Source of the DNA: Stellaceae bacterium
Lineage (GTDB): Bacteria; Pseudomonadota; Alphaproteobacteria; ATCC43930; CGMCC-115725
Direction of reading: 5' to 3'
Assembly (NCBI GenBank): GCA_035603555.1
Contig: DATNKF010000622.1
Coordinates: forward strand, 1-37,194
Length of the DNA: 37,194 nucleotides
A model generated the notes under the pieces. It saw nothing but the letters and a program-made list of their open reading frames with translations, made no database searches and was not told the origin of the DNA. Within the stretch, counting starts at the first letter, position 1, and each line of letters begins with the position of its first letter. Both the position numbers and the translations under genes were made by a program. Of this stretch, positions 26,419 through 36,799 are shown in pieces.

Positions 26419-27120
26419 TTGGCTGTCGGGGCAGCACGGAGCCCGTTTCTCTTCGGACGGCGCCGCGGGCGGGCGCTCCGGTCGGGGCAGAGAGTCCTGA
26501 TCCGCGATTTCCTGCCGCAAATCGCGCTGACGATTCCGGTGTCGGGCGAGCTCGATCCCAGCGGCCTCTTCGATGCCCGGGCTAGGCCGATCTGGGTTGA
26601 GATCGGGTTTGGCGGCGGGGAGCACCTCGCTGATCAGGCGGAGCGTCATCCCGAGATCGGTTTGATCGGTTGCGAGGTATTCGAAAACGGGATCGCAAAG
26701 TTGCTCGCACGGATCAAGCGCAGCTGCATCGAAAATATCCGAATTTTTACCGATGATGGGCGGGTGCTGCTTGCCGCGCTTCCTCCGGCCTCGATCGACC
26801 GTGTCTTCATCCTGTTTCCCGATCCTTGGCCGAAGCGGCGCCATGAGGGACGGCGCATCATGTCCGGGGGGACGCTCGACGCCTTGGCACGGGTCATGAC
26901 CGATGGTGCCGAACTGCGTCTTGCGACCGACGATCGTGATCTTCTCTACTGGATGCTCGAGCGGGCTACCGATCACCCAGCCTTCGAATGGCTCGCCCGC
27001 CGTCCTTGCGACTGGCGCGAGCGGCTGCCGGATTGGCCGCTGACGCGCTATGAGGAAAAGGCGCGGGCGGCTGGTCGCCCGGCTATTTTTCTCCGATTTC
27101 GACGCCAGGTCGGGAGATGA
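26419..27120 (+). CDS. trmB: tRNA (guanine46-N7)-methyltransferase
   Basis: EIGFGGGEHL, FILFPDPWPKRRH and TRYEEKA. The frame is open from 26308, inside metK. TTG 26419, 4 nt after the metK stop, is the last start that keeps the conserved FLFGRRRG segment. Confidence 0.8.
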   Translation: MAVGAARSPFLFGRRRGRALRSGQRVLIRDFLPQIALTIPVSGELDPSGLFDARARPIWVEIGFGGGEHLADQAERHPEIGLIGCEVFENGIAKLLARIKRSCIENIRIFTDDGRVLLAALPPASIDRVFILFPDPWPKRRHEGRRIMSGGTLDALARVMTDGAELRLATDDRDLLYWMLERATDHPAFEWLARRPCDWRERLPDWPLTRYEEKARAAGRPAIFLRFRRQVGR

Positions 27121-27208
27121 CCACGACACAACATCCTTGCCGCGCGGACATGCTCGCGATATTTATCGGTAATCTCATGGTTGTGCCTAGCAGGGGCGTT
27201 GCGTGCGG

Positions 27209-27229
27209 TGGGCCGGTGGCCCATTTTTT
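27209..27229 (+). terminator. Rho-independent terminator
   Basis: TGGGCC-GGT-GGCCCA stem-loop (27209-27223) followed by TTTTTT (27224-27229). It lies 88 nt downstream of the trmB stop. Confidence 0.5.
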
Positions 27230-27340
27230 GTTGTCGAGGGGCTGCTTCCGGCGGGCGAGACTGGAGACGCGGGCGTTTACCCGTGTCAAAAAGTAAGCTG
27301 CCTGCGCCCCTTGTGAAGCCTTTCGCGGAGGTCGTGGTTT

Positions 27341-27871
27341 TTGGTGGACACTAACAGCATCGCGCAAATGATCGAGCCGTCGCTAGCCGCGATGGGCTAC
27401 GGCCTCGTTCGCGTTGCTGTGACAAGCGGCCGCCGGGCGACGCTGCAGATCATGATCGAGCGCCTCGACGATTTGCCGGTTACGCTCGATGATTGCACGC
27501 AGATCAGCCATTCCATCTCTTCCTTGCTCGATGTAGCCGACCCGATCGCCGGCGGCTATTCGCTGGAAATCAGCTCGCCGGGGATCGACCGTCCGTTGGT
27601 CCGCAAGGAGGATTACAACCGTTTCAGCGGCTGCGAAGCCAGGATCGAACTGGCGGCCCCGCTCGACGGACGGCGGCGGTTCCGTGGGCGCCTGCTGGGA
27701 AGCTCTGAGGGCATCGTTCGGCTTCTCACCGAAGCAGGTGAAGCGCGATTGCCGCTCGACGCGGTGGCCCGGGCAAAGCTTGTTCTGACCGACGATCTGA
27801 TTGCCCGGGCGCAACGCAAGACCCCGGACCCGTCCCCACCGCAGTCCGCAACCCAGAGTCGCGATCACTAG
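27341..27871 (+). CDS. rimP: Ribosome maturation factor RimP
   Basis: IEPSLAAMGYGLVRV...YSLEISSPGIDRPL. The position immediately upstream of nusA supports the call. TTG/GTG start. Confidence 0.88.
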   Translation: MVDTNSIAQMIEPSLAAMGYGLVRVAVTSGRRATLQIMIERLDDLPVTLDDCTQISHSISSLLDVADPIAGGYSLEISSPGIDRPLVRKEDYNRFSGCEARIELAAPLDGRRRFRGRLLGSSEGIVRLLTEAGEARLPLDAVARAKLVLTDDLIARAQRKTPDPSPPQSATQSRDH

Positions 27872-27892
27872 CGCTTCGAGTCAGAGAACATC

Positions 27893-29449
27893 ATGGACAC
27901 TACCGTCACCTACGCCCGTCCCGAACTGCTTCAGGTTGCCGATTCCGTCGCACGCGACAAAGGCATCGATCGCGACGAGGTGCTGGAAGCCATGGAGCAG
28001 GCAATCCAGAAGGCGGGCCGCTCGAAATACGGCCAGGAGTACGATATCCGCGCCGAGATCGACCGTCGAAATGGCGAGATCCGGCTGCTCCGCTTCCGCG
28101 AGGTGGCGGAGGCCATCGAGAACGAGGCGACGCAAATTGGACTGGTCGAGGCGCAGCGGCTGAACCCTGAGGCCGAGATCGGTGACTTTATTACCGACCC
28201 GCTGCCGCCGATCGATTTTGGTCGGATTGCGGCACAGACGGCCAAGCAAGTTATCGTCCAGAAGGTGCGAGACGCCGAGCGTCAGAGGCAATTCTTCGAG
28301 TTCAAGGATCGCGTCGGAGAGATCGTCAACGGGCTGGTCAAGCGTGTCGAATTCGGCAATGTCGTGGTCGACCTCGGCCGCGCCGAGGCGATGCTGCGCC
28401 GCGACGAGCTGTTGCCGCGCGAAAGCTTCCGCCAGGGCGAGCGGGTCCGCGCTTATATTTATGATGTGCGCCAGGAGCCGCGCGGGCCGCAGATCCTCCT
28501 GTCGCGCACCCACCCGCAGTTCATGGCGAAATTGTTCGCTCAGGAGGTACCGGAGATCTATGACGGCATCATCGAGATCAAGGCGGTTGCTCGAGATCCG
28601 GGTAGCCGCGCCAAGATCGCCGTGATTTCCCGCGACAGCGGGATCGATCCGGTCGGCGCCTGCGTCGGCATGCGCGGCAGCCGCGTGCAGGCGGTTGTGG
28701 GCGAGCTGCAGGGCGAAAAGATCGACATCGTTCCCTGGTCGCCGGACCCGGCCACTTTCGTCGTCAATGCACTGGCTCCGGCCGAGGTGGCCAAAGTCGT
28801 AATGGACGAGGAGCAGCGACGTGTCGAAGTCGTCGTTCCCGACGACCAGCTGAGCCTGGCTATCGGCCGACGCGGCCAGAATGTTCGGCTTGCTTCGCAA
28901 CTTACCGGCTGGGACATCGACATTCTGACCGAGGCGGAGGAGTCGGAGCGGCGAACCGAGGAATTACGCAGCCGCAGCCAGATGTTCATAGACGCCCTCG
29001 ACATCGACGAGGTTATCGCTCATCTGCTGGTGACCGAGGGCTTCAGCTCTCTTGAGGAGGTGGCGTACGTACCCTTGGAGGACCTCGCCGACATCGAAGG
29101 CTTCGACGCAGAGATAGCCGAAGAGCTGCAGGAACGCGCGCGCAATTCGCTAGAACGTCGGGATCGCGAATACGAGGAGCGTCGCCGCGAACTGGGTGTC
29201 GCCGATGATCTCGCGGCGCTCGGCGGATTGACGCCCGGCATGCTGGTGGTACTCGGCGAGAACAACATAATGACCCTCGACGATTTCGCGGGCCTGGCCG
29301 GGGATGAGCTCCTGGAGCTGCTCGCCGCCTCGGACAAGAGCGGTGGCAATCTCAGCCTCGAGGAGGCGAACGGGTTGATCATGCAGGCGCGAGCGCACTG
29401 GTATGCGGACGATGAAGCCGAAAAATCTACAATCACTCAGCAGGAGTAG
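27893..29449 (+). CDS. nusA: Transcription termination/antitermination factor NusA
   Basis: [28 protein letters not shown], an S1 region, two KH regions ([26 protein letters not shown]), and C-terminal acidic HhH repeats. Confidence 0.95.
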   Translation: MDTTVTYARPELLQVADSVARDKGIDRDEVLEAMEQAIQKAGRSKYGQEYDIRAEIDRRNGEIRLLRFREVAEAIENEATQIGLVEAQRLNPEAEIGDFITDPLPPIDFGRIAAQTAKQVIVQKVRDAERQRQFFEFKDRVGEIVNGLVKRVEFGNVVVDLGRAEAMLRRDELLPRESFRQGERVRAYIYDVRQEPRGPQILLSRTHPQFMAKLFAQEVPEIYDGIIEIKAVARDPGSRAKIAVISRDSGIDPVGACVGMRGSRVQAVVGELQGEKIDIVPWSPDPATFVVNALAPAEVAKVVMDEEQRRVEVVVPDDQLSLAIGRRGQNVRLASQLTGWDIDILTEAEESERRTEELRSRSQMFIDALDIDEVIAHLLVTEGFSSLEEVAYVPLEDLADIEGFDAEIAEELQERARNSLERRDREYEERRRELGVADDLAALGGLTPGMLVVLGENNIMTLDDFAGLAGDELLELLAASDKSGGNLSLEEANGLIMQARAHWYADDEAEKSTITQQE

Positions 29450-29577
29450 GCGTCACGAGTGCTCGCGATAGGATCAGCGGGATCGGGAACAGCGCGGGAG
29501 AGGCTGCGGCCGGACCTTTACGTCGCTGCATCGGGACGGGGACGATCGGCGATCGGTCGAGGCTGCTGCGGTTCGTC

Positions 29578-30114
29578 GTGCATCCGGGCGGCGAACTAGT
29601 GCCCGACGTGGCGTCTCGGCTGCCTGGGCGCGGTTTGTGGCTAACTGCGCGCCGGGAGATCCTTGAAGATGCCATAGCTCGGCGGCTCTTCGCGCGCTCG
29701 GCGCGCCGGCCGGTGTCGATCCCGCCGGGGCTCGCTGACCGCGTAGAAGACATGCTGGTGCAGCGTTGTTGCGACCTGATCGGCCTCGCCCGGCGGGCTG
29801 GTCTTGCGGTCGCAGGTGTCCAAAAGGTCCGCGAAGCCGTGCGTACTGAAAAAGCCGGGCTTCTCGTTCTCGCGCTTGACGGGGCGGAGGGCGGACGCCG
29901 GAAGGTGCGTTCACTCGGGTGTGAACTCCCGGCAGTGATGGTGTTGACCGCGGCAGAGATGGGCGCGATTTTTGGGCGCGATCATGTGGTAAATATTGCG
30001 ATCGGAAGCGGCGCCCTGAGCGGTCGCGTAATCGGCGTTGCAGAGAAGATCGCCGGCTTTAGGCCGGATGCATTGATAGACCGCGCTGGGCAGCCCGCTT
30101 GGGGTTCGGCGTAA
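29578..30114 (+). CDS. YlxR/DUF448-type RNA-binding protein with L7Ae-like C-terminal region (minimal coordinates; true 5' end probably further upstream)
   Basis: [21 protein letters not shown] is the DUF448 core. The nusA-infB intergenic position is the canonical ylxR location. The same frame is open from 29416 and encodes RRCIGTG...LLRFV upstream of the first canonical start. Confidence 0.7.
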   Translation: MHPGGELVPDVASRLPGRGLWLTARREILEDAIARRLFARSARRPVSIPPGLADRVEDMLVQRCCDLIGLARRAGLAVAGVQKVREAVRTEKAGLLVLALDGAEGGRRKVRSLGCELPAVMVLTAAEMGAIFGRDHVVNIAIGSGALSGRVIGVAEKIAGFRPDALIDRAGQPAWGSA

Positions 30115-30127
30115 GAGATGGTGGTGT

Positions 30128-32758
30128 TTGACCGAGATGACCAACGCAAATGAGCAAGAGCAGAAGCGACCCCTGACCCTCGCCCGTACCGGCGCCAGGC
30201 TGGAGCTCCGCAAGAGCGTGGAGACGGGGCAGGTGCGTCAGAGCTTTTCGCACGGGCGCTCAAAGACCGTCACTGTCGAGGTTCGCAAGAAGCGTACGAT
30301 CGGTCCGGCCGCCGAGCCCGGTCGCGCGGAAGCTGTGCCTGCGGTAGCACGCGAGCAGACACCGCTGCGACCGGCAACGGAGGAGCCGGTGCGCCGGCCG
30401 GTGACCGTACCCCGTGCGCTAACGGCCGAAGAAAAGGCGGGCCGGGTTCGGGCCGTGCATGATGCGCGCAAGGCCGACGAGGAAGTCCGGCGGCGGGTCG
30501 CACTCGCGGAGGCGGACCGGCGCCGTCAGCAGGAAGAACAGGCAGTCCAGGAGGCGCGCCGCCGGGCCGAGGAGGAGGCGCGTCGAAGGGCCGAGGAGGA
30601 CGAGGGGCGCCGACGCGCGGAAGAGGAAGCGCGCAAGCGGTCCGAGGATGAGGCGCAACGGCGCAAAGATGAAGAATCGCGGCGGGAGGTCGCCGAACGG
30701 GCTGGCAAGGCAGCGGCCGCCAAGGTCGCGGCACTCGCTGCAGCGGGCAAGGTCAGCGTTCCGCTCGAGGAAGAGGAAGAGGAGCCTGCGACTTCCCCAC
30801 GGCGCGGGGCGCGCCCAGAGGCCAAGAAGCCAGCGGTACCGGCTCGCCGTGACGAGACGCGCCGCCGGACCGGAAAGATTACAGTCACGCGTGCGCTCGC
30901 CGATGACGAAGGAGAGCGGGTGCGCAGCTTGGCTTCGGTCCGACGGGCCAGGGAACGGGAACGTCAGCGGCTGCATCAGGGCGAACAGGAGCAGATCAAG
31001 ATCCTGCGCGAGGTCATCGTCCCCGAAACGATCACTGTCCAGGAGTTGGCAAACCGCATGGCCGAGCGCAGCGCCGACGTGATCAAGGCGCTGATGCGCA
31101 TGGGCGTGATGGCGACGATCAATCAAACAATCGACGCCGACACCGCCGAACTCGTCGTCGGGGAGTTTGGGCACCGCTTGCGGCGCGTTTCCGAGGCCGA
31201 TGTTGAAGTAGGGCTCCGCGGCGAGGAGGATCTTCCAGAGACGCTCGAAGCGCGGGCTCCGGTCGTCACGGTCATGGGCCATGTCGATCACGGCAAGACA
31301 TCGCTTCTCGACGCGCTCCGCGAAACCGATGTCGCCGGTAGCGAGGCCGGCGGGATCACGCAGCACATCGGCGCCTATCGCGTGAGCCTGAGAAGCGGCA
31401 AGCAGATCACCTTTATCGATACGCCTGGCCATCAGGCGTTTACTGCGATGCGGGCGCGTGGCGCCAACGTCACCGACATCGTGGTGCTGGTCGTCGCGGC
31501 CGATGACGGCATCATGGAACAGACGGTCGAGGCGATCCGCCACGCCAAAGCGGCGCAGGTTCCGATGATCGTCGCCATCAACAAGATCGATAGGCCTGAC
31601 GCGAAACCCGAGCGCGTCCGCCAAGAGCTTCTACAACACGAAATCGTCGTCGAAGAGCTCGGGGGTGAGGTGCTCGACATCGAGGTGTCGGCACTGAAGA
31701 AGACCAACCTTGACAAGCTCGAAGAAGCAATCCTGCTGCAAGCGGAACTGCTCGATCTTATGGCCAACCCGAACCGCCCAGCGGAGGGCGTCGTTCTGGA
31801 GGCAAAGCTGGAGCGGGGACGCGGGGCGGTCGCAACCGTGCTTATTCAGCGCGGCACGTTGCGGGTCGGCGACATCTTTGTCGCCGGCAGCGAATGGGGC
31901 CGCGTGCGTGCTCTTATCGATGATCGAGGCCAGAGCCAGCGGGAGGCGGGACCGTCAACGCCGATCGAGGTGCTCGGCCTCAACGGGACGCCACTTGCGG
32001 GCGACGATTTCGTGGTCGCAGAGAACGAGAGCCGCGCTCGCGACATCGCCGACTTTCGCCAGCGTCGACGGCGCGACGCAAATGCAGCGTCGGGAGCGCG
32101 CGGCACGCTCGAGCAGATGTTTTCGCAGATCGCCGCCGGCGTCGCCAAGGAGCTGCCGGTCATCGTCAAGTCGGATGTCCAGGGTTCGCTCGAGGCGATT
32201 GTGGGCTCGCTTGAAAAGCTCTCGACCGATGAGGTGTCGGTTCGGGTGCTGCATGCAGCCGTCGGCGGAGTCAATGAGAGCGACGTAATTCTAGCCAAAG
32301 CGTCGGCGGCATTTATTATTGGCTTTAATGTACGCGCCAACCCGCAGGCGCGCGATCTTGCGCGTCGCGATGGGGTCGATGTCCGTTATTATTCAATTAT
32401 TTATGACTTGATCGAGGACATGCGAGGGGCTCTGTCAGGCCTGCTTGCTCCGACCTTGCGCGAGCGCTTCCTTGGGAATGCTTCGATTCGCGACGTATTC
32501 AACATCACCAAAGTCGGCAAGGTTGCGGGCTGCATGGTGACCGAGGGTGCCGTACGGCGCGGTGCCAGGGTGCGCCTGCTGCGCGACAACGTCGTCATTC
32601 ACGAAGGTACTCTTAAGACTCTGAAACGCTTCAAGGATGAGGTGCGCGAGGTCAATCAGGGCTACGAGTGCGGGATGGCCTTTGAAAATTACCAGGACGT
32701 CCAAGCCGGCGATGTTATCGAGTGCTTCGAGGTGGAAGAAATAGCCCGGGCGCTATAG
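30128..32758 (+). CDS. infB: Translation initiation factor IF-2
   Basis: G-domain motifs [17 protein letters not shown] and NKID. An Arg/Glu/Ala-rich repetitive N-terminal region is present. The start is TTG 30128 or ATG 30137. Confidence 0.95.
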   Translation: MTEMTNANEQEQKRPLTLARTGARLELRKSVETGQVRQSFSHGRSKTVTVEVRKKRTIGPAAEPGRAEAVPAVAREQTPLRPATEEPVRRPVTVPRALTAEEKAGRVRAVHDARKADEEVRRRVALAEADRRRQQEEQAVQEARRRAEEEARRRAEEDEGRRRAEEEARKRSEDEAQRRKDEESRREVAERAGKAAAAKVAALAAAGKVSVPLEEEEEEPATSPRRGARPEAKKPAVPARRDETRRRTGKITVTRALADDEGERVRSLASVRRARERERQRLHQGEQEQIKILREVIVPETITVQELANRMAERSADVIKALMRMGVMATINQTIDADTAELVVGEFGHRLRRVSEADVEVGLRGEEDLPETLEARAPVVTVMGHVDHGKTSLLDALRETDVAGSEAGGITQHIGAYRVSLRSGKQITFIDTPGHQAFTAMRARGANVTDIVVLVVAADDGIMEQTVEAIRHAKAAQVPMIVAINKIDRPDAKPERVRQELLQHEIVVEELGGEVLDIEVSALKKTNLDKLEEAILLQAELLDLMANPNRPAEGVVLEAKLERGRGAVATVLIQRGTLRVGDIFVAGSEWGRVRALIDDRGQSQREAGPSTPIEVLGLNGTPLAGDDFVVAENESRARDIADFRQRRRRDANAASGARGTLEQMFSQIAAGVAKELPVIVKSDVQGSLEAIVGSLEKLSTDEVSVRVLHAAVGGVNESDVILAKASAAFIIGFNVRANPQARDLARRDGVDVRYYSIIYDLIEDMRGALSGLLAPTLRERFLGNASIRDVFNITKVGKVAGCMVTEGAVRRGARVRLLRDNVVIHEGTLKTLKRFKDEVREVNQGYECGMAFENYQDVQAGDVIECFEVEEIARAL

Positions 32759-32769
32759 CCTTTCGGCTG

Positions 32770-33228
32770 ATGATCAGAGAACGAGACGGCGCGAGGCAAG
32801 TTGAGGGCAGCGTGCAGCGCAAATGGGGCGACAGCCAACGACAGCTTCGGGTAGCCGAAGAGCTGCGGCACGCACTGGCGAAGATTTTCCAGCAGGGCGA
32901 ATGCCGAGATCCGGCGCTTCGAGACACCAGCATCGCCGTCACCGAAGTCAGAATGAGCCCTGATTTGCGCAATGCCACCGCGTTTGTAGTGCCGCTGGGC
33001 GGCGAAAACACGCCCGAGATGATCGCGGGACTTAAACGCAGCTCAGCGTTCTTGAGACGCCTCGTCGCTCGGGAGGTTCCGTTGCGGTATGCGCCCCGTT
33101 TGGTGTTCGCGCTGGATGGCGCCTTCGCTCAAGCAGATCGGATTGCCGCCTTGCTCGCGCGGCCCGAAGTAGTCCGCGACCTCGATCGCCCAGGCGATCG
33201 AACCGAGAAAGACGGTGACGCACACTGA
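32770..33228 (+). CDS. rbfA: Ribosome-binding factor A
   Basis: SQRQLRVAEELRHALAKIF...VTEVRMSPDLRNATAFV. The ORF track starts at 32722, inside infB. ATG 32770 and GTG 32812 are the plausible starts. Confidence 0.85.
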   Translation: MIRERDGARQVEGSVQRKWGDSQRQLRVAEELRHALAKIFQQGECRDPALRDTSIAVTEVRMSPDLRNATAFVVPLGGENTPEMIAGLKRSSAFLRRLVAREVPLRYAPRLVFALDGAFAQADRIAALLARPEVVRDLDRPGDRTEKDGDAH

Positions 33229-34132
33229 CCGTGCCCTGAATGGCTGGCTGGTGGTCGACAAGCCGCAAGGGCTCAGTTCCCATCGGGTGGTCGAGCTGGT
33301 CCGTCGGTTCACCCGAACCAAAGTCGGGCACGCGGGCACGCTCGACCCGCTGGCAACCGGCGTTCTGCCGCTGGCGCTCGGCGAGGCGACCAAGACTGTC
33401 GCTTACGCGATGAGCAGCTACAAGCGCTATCGCTTCCGTATCTGTTGGGGCGTCGCTCGCACTACCGACGACTGCGAAGGCGCGATTATTGGCGAGTCCA
33501 CGTCGCGGCCGAGCCGCGAGCAAATCGAAGAGATCCTGCCCCGCTTCACCGGCACCATTTTGCAAGCGCCCCCGGTCTATTCCGCTATTAAGGTCGACGG
33601 GCGGCGCGCCTATGCCCTCGCCCGAGCCTCCACGCCGCCCGCTTTGCCACGCCGCCCGGTGCAAATCGCCGCGCTGCGGTTGATCGCGGTATCCGATCGA
33701 GATCATGCCGATTACGAGGCGGTGGTCGGCAAGGGGACGTACATACGGGCCCTCGCCCGCGATCTCGCCATCGCTCTCGGTACGGTTGGCCACGTTGTCG
33801 AGCTGCGTCGTCTAACCGTCGGACCGTTCAGCGAATCGCAGGCGATTTCGCTGGATTCGATAGCGGAATGTCGGCATAATCTGGTTGATTCGGGATATCT
33901 GCTTCCGATCGAGACCGCGCTGGAAAACATCCCGGCTCTGGCCTTGACGGCGGCCGAAGCCGCGCGGTTGCGGTGCGGCCAGCGGGTGACGCTGGAGGAT
34001 GCCGGCGAGCGGGCGCACTTGCACCACCTCGATGAGGGTACGGTCGTCGCTGCTTGGCACGCCCATGCGGTGGTCGCCCTGGCCAGAATCGACAACGGCG
34101 GTCTTCGGCCGGCGCGGGTTATCAATCGCTGA
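33215..34132 (+). CDS. truB: tRNA pseudouridine(55) synthase
   Basis: [17 protein letters not shown]...[25 protein letters not shown]. It overlaps the rbfA 3' end by 14 nt. Confidence 0.92.
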   Translation: MTHTDRALNGWLVVDKPQGLSSHRVVELVRRFTRTKVGHAGTLDPLATGVLPLALGEATKTVAYAMSSYKRYRFRICWGVARTTDDCEGAIIGESTSRPSREQIEEILPRFTGTILQAPPVYSAIKVDGRRAYALARASTPPALPRRPVQIAALRLIAVSDRDHADYEAVVGKGTYIRALARDLAIALGTVGHVVELRRLTVGPFSESQAISLDSIAECRHNLVDSGYLLPIETALENIPALALTAAEAARLRCGQRVTLEDAGERAHLHHLDEGTVVAAWHAHAVVALARIDNGGLRPARVINR

Positions 34133-34146
34133 AGGAGTCAGTTTCG

Positions 34147-34416
34147 GTGTCCATCACCGCCGAGCGCAAGCAGGCGCTTATCACAGAGTACGCCACAAAG
34201 GAGCGCGATACCGGATCGCCCGAGATCCAAGTCGCCGTCCTGAGTGAGCGCATCCGCAATCTTACCGACCACTTGACAACCCACAAAAAGGACTTCCACT
34301 CGCGGCGCGGGTTGCTCGTCATGGTCGGCCAGCGACGGCGTTTGCTGGATTATCTCAAGCGGTCGAGCGCGACGCGTTACGAGACGTTGATCGGACGCCT
34401 CGGGTTGCGCCGCTGA
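34147..34416 (+). CDS. rpsO: 30S ribosomal protein S15
   Basis: (M)[70 protein letters not shown]. 89 codons from GTG 34147, with AAGGAG at 34131-34136. Confidence 0.93.
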   Translation: MSITAERKQALITEYATKERDTGSPEIQVAVLSERIRNLTDHLTTHKKDFHSRRGLLVMVGQRRRLLDYLKRSSATRYETLIGRLGLRR

Positions 34417-34606
34417 CCCTTCGTTGACGCCCGCGCGATCGACTATTCTCGGCGCCATTCTGATCCAGCGTCGATCGAGGTCAAGTGTGGCAAGAAAATC
34501 GGCCGCAGGGGTCCACACCTATTGCACGGGTCTCCGCTTTCGCGACTGCTCGCCGTTGAAATTGCGCCGCTGCCCGTCATTTTTCTTTCGAAGAGGATGA
34601 TCTCGA
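34417..34606 (+). promoter_or_regulatory. Structured rpsO-pnp intergenic leader
   Basis: Stem CGATCGAC (34436-34443) pairs with GTCGATCG (34470-34477). Stem GTGTGG (34485-34490) pairs with CCACAC (34513-34518). A T-rich run lies at 34580-34589 just before the AAGAGGA Shine-Dalgarno of pnp. Confidence 0.4.
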
Positions 34607-36745
34607 ATGTTCCAAGTTTACCGTAAGGAGTTGATGTGGGGCGGACGACCCCTCGTCCTGGAGACTGGGCGGCTAGCCCGGCAGGCGGACGGCGCCGTGC
34701 TCGCCACCTACGGCGAGACCACGGTCCTGTGCACTGCGGTCGCGATGAAAGCGGCAAAGCCCGGTCAAGACTTCTTCCCTCTCACGGTTAATTACCAAGA
34801 GAAGACGTTTGCAGCCGGAAAGATCCCCGGAGGCTTTTTCAAACGCGAGGGGCGCCCGTCGGAAAAGGAGACGTTGGTCTCGCGGCTCATCGACAGGCCG
34901 CTGCGCCCGCTTTTCGTTCCTGGTTTCGTCAATGAAACTCAAGTCGTTTGCACCGTCCTCAGCCACGATCTCGAGAACGATCCCGACATCGTGTCGATGA
35001 TCGGCGCCTCGGCGGCTCTGACCATCTCGGGGATACCGTTCTTGGGACCTGTCGCCGGGGCTCGGGTGGGCTACATCGACGGGAATTATGTCTTGAACCC
35101 GACACTCGCCGAAACTTCTCGCTCGCGGCTCGACCTCATTGTCGCCGGCACGGTCGATGGCGTTTTGATGGTCGAATCCGAGGCGGAGGAGCTTCCCGAG
35201 GATGTCATGCTCGGCGCGGTGGTCTTCGGACATCGCGAATTTCAGCCCGTGCTTCAGGCGATCATCGAGCTCGCCGAGACCTGCGCGCGCGAGCCGTGGA
35301 GCCTACCGCCCGAACCGTTCGAGCTTGCCGCGATCGAGGCAAGGTTGCGCGAAACGATCGGTCCGCTGATCGAGGATGCCTATCGCGAGCAAGGCAAGCA
35401 GGACAGAAGCAATCGGCTGGATGCGTCGAAGGCACAGCTGGCCGAGATATTTCCCGACGAGCTTCAGCGCACGGTTGCGCTGAAGCTGTTCAAGGATCTC
35501 GAGAAGGAGATTGTCCGTGGTGCCGTGCTGCGCGGCGGAGTGCGGATTGATGGTCGCGATACCCGCACCGTCCGGCCGATCTCTTGCGAGGTCGGGATCC
35601 TTCGTCGCGCTCATGGCTCGGCATTGTTCACCCGAGGCGAGACCCAGGCGCTCGCGGTAGCGACGCTCGGGACCGGTCAGGACGAGCAGATCATCGACGC
35701 GCTCGAAGGGGAGTACCGCGAGAACTTCATGCTGCACTACAACTTCCCCCCCTATGCGACGGGCGAAGCGGGGCGGATGGGCTCCCCTAGCCGGCGAGAT
35801 ATCGGGCATGGCAAGCTGGCCTGGCGGGCGATCCATCCGCTGCTGCCGAGCAAGGAGAGCTTCCCTTACACGATCCGGGTTGTCTCGGAAGTCACCGAGT
35901 CGAATGGTTCCTCCGCGATGGCCTCGGTTTGCAGCGCCTCGCTCGCCCTGATGGATGCCGGCGTGCCGTTGCCCCGTCCGGTGGCCGGGATCGCGATGGG
36001 GCTGATCAAAGAGCCGGAAGGCTTTGCGGTATTATCGGACATTCTCGGCGACGAGGACCACCTCGGGGATATGGACTTCAAAGTCGCCGGCACCGACCGA
36101 GGTATCACGGCGTTGCAGATGGACATCAAGATCACCTCGATCACCGAGGAGATCCTGCGCATCGCGCTGAGCCAGGCGCGGGAAGGCCGCTTGCATATCC
36201 TTGGTGAAATGGCCAAAGCGCTGACCGGTGCGCGGGACGACGTCAGCGAGAACGCTCCGCGGATCACGACGTTCAGCATCCCGAAGGAGAAGATCCGCGA
36301 GGTAATCGGTTCGGGCGGCAAGGTCATTCGGGAGATTACCGAAACTACCGGGGCCAAGATCGACATCGACGATGATGGCACGGTCAAGGTGGCCGCGGTG
36401 GATGGTGAAGCGGCGAGAGCCGCGATCGACTGGATTCGCGGGATCGTCGCCGAGCCGGAAGTCGGTGTGATCTACCCCGGGAAAGTTGTCAAAGTGGTCG
36501 ACTTCGGCGCATTCGTGAACTTTCTCGGCTCGCGTGATGGACTCGTGCACATCAGCGAGCTGGCGCCTCATCGAGTTGGCAAAGTCGCCGACGTGGTCAA
36601 GCTGGGCGATCCGGTCAAGGTCAAGGTGCTCGGGTTCGACGACCGGGGTAAAGTCAAGCTTAGTATGCGCCAAGTCGATCAACAGACGGGCGAGGATCTC
36701 GGCGCCCGGCGTCAGGAACCGGCACAAGCAAAGGTAGCGCCCTGA
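34607..36745 (+). CDS. pnp: Polyribonucleotide nucleotidyltransferase (PNPase)
   Basis: Two RNase PH-like domains ([37 protein letters not shown]), a KH domain ([10 protein letters not shown]) and an S1 domain ([22 protein letters not shown]). Confidence 0.95.
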   Translation: MFQVYRKELMWGGRPLVLETGRLARQADGAVLATYGETTVLCTAVAMKAAKPGQDFFPLTVNYQEKTFAAGKIPGGFFKREGRPSEKETLVSRLIDRPLRPLFVPGFVNETQVVCTVLSHDLENDPDIVSMIGASAALTISGIPFLGPVAGARVGYIDGNYVLNPTLAETSRSRLDLIVAGTVDGVLMVESEAEELPEDVMLGAVVFGHREFQPVLQAIIELAETCAREPWSLPPEPFELAAIEARLRETIGPLIEDAYREQGKQDRSNRLDASKAQLAEIFPDELQRTVALKLFKDLEKEIVRGAVLRGGVRIDGRDTRTVRPISCEVGILRRAHGSALFTRGETQALAVATLGTGQDEQIIDALEGEYRENFMLHYNFPPYATGEAGRMGSPSRRDIGHGKLAWRAIHPLLPSKESFPYTIRVVSEVTESNGSSAMASVCSASLALMDAGVPLPRPVAGIAMGLIKEPEGFAVLSDILGDEDHLGDMDFKVAGTDRGITALQMDIKITSITEEILRIALSQAREGRLHILGEMAKALTGARDDVSENAPRITTFSIPKEKIREVIGSGGKVIREITETTGAKIDIDDDGTVKVAAVDGEAARAAIDWIRGIVAEPEVGVIYPGKVVKVVDFGAFVNFLGSRDGLVHISELAPHRVGKVADVVKLGDPVKVKVLGFDDRGKVKLSMRQVDQQTGEDLGARRQEPAQAKVAP

Positions 36746-36799
36746 CGATTGGCAGTACCGAGCAAGACGGCCGGTCACGGCGCGCGAAGGGACGGCGCG

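Noticed and set aside
27083-27367. 94-aa ORF on the minus strand spanning the trmB-rimP intergenic region.
   Set aside because: It has no ribosome-binding site, no recognisable motifs, and a composition like other shadow ORFs. It overlaps the + strand terminator and the rimP start.
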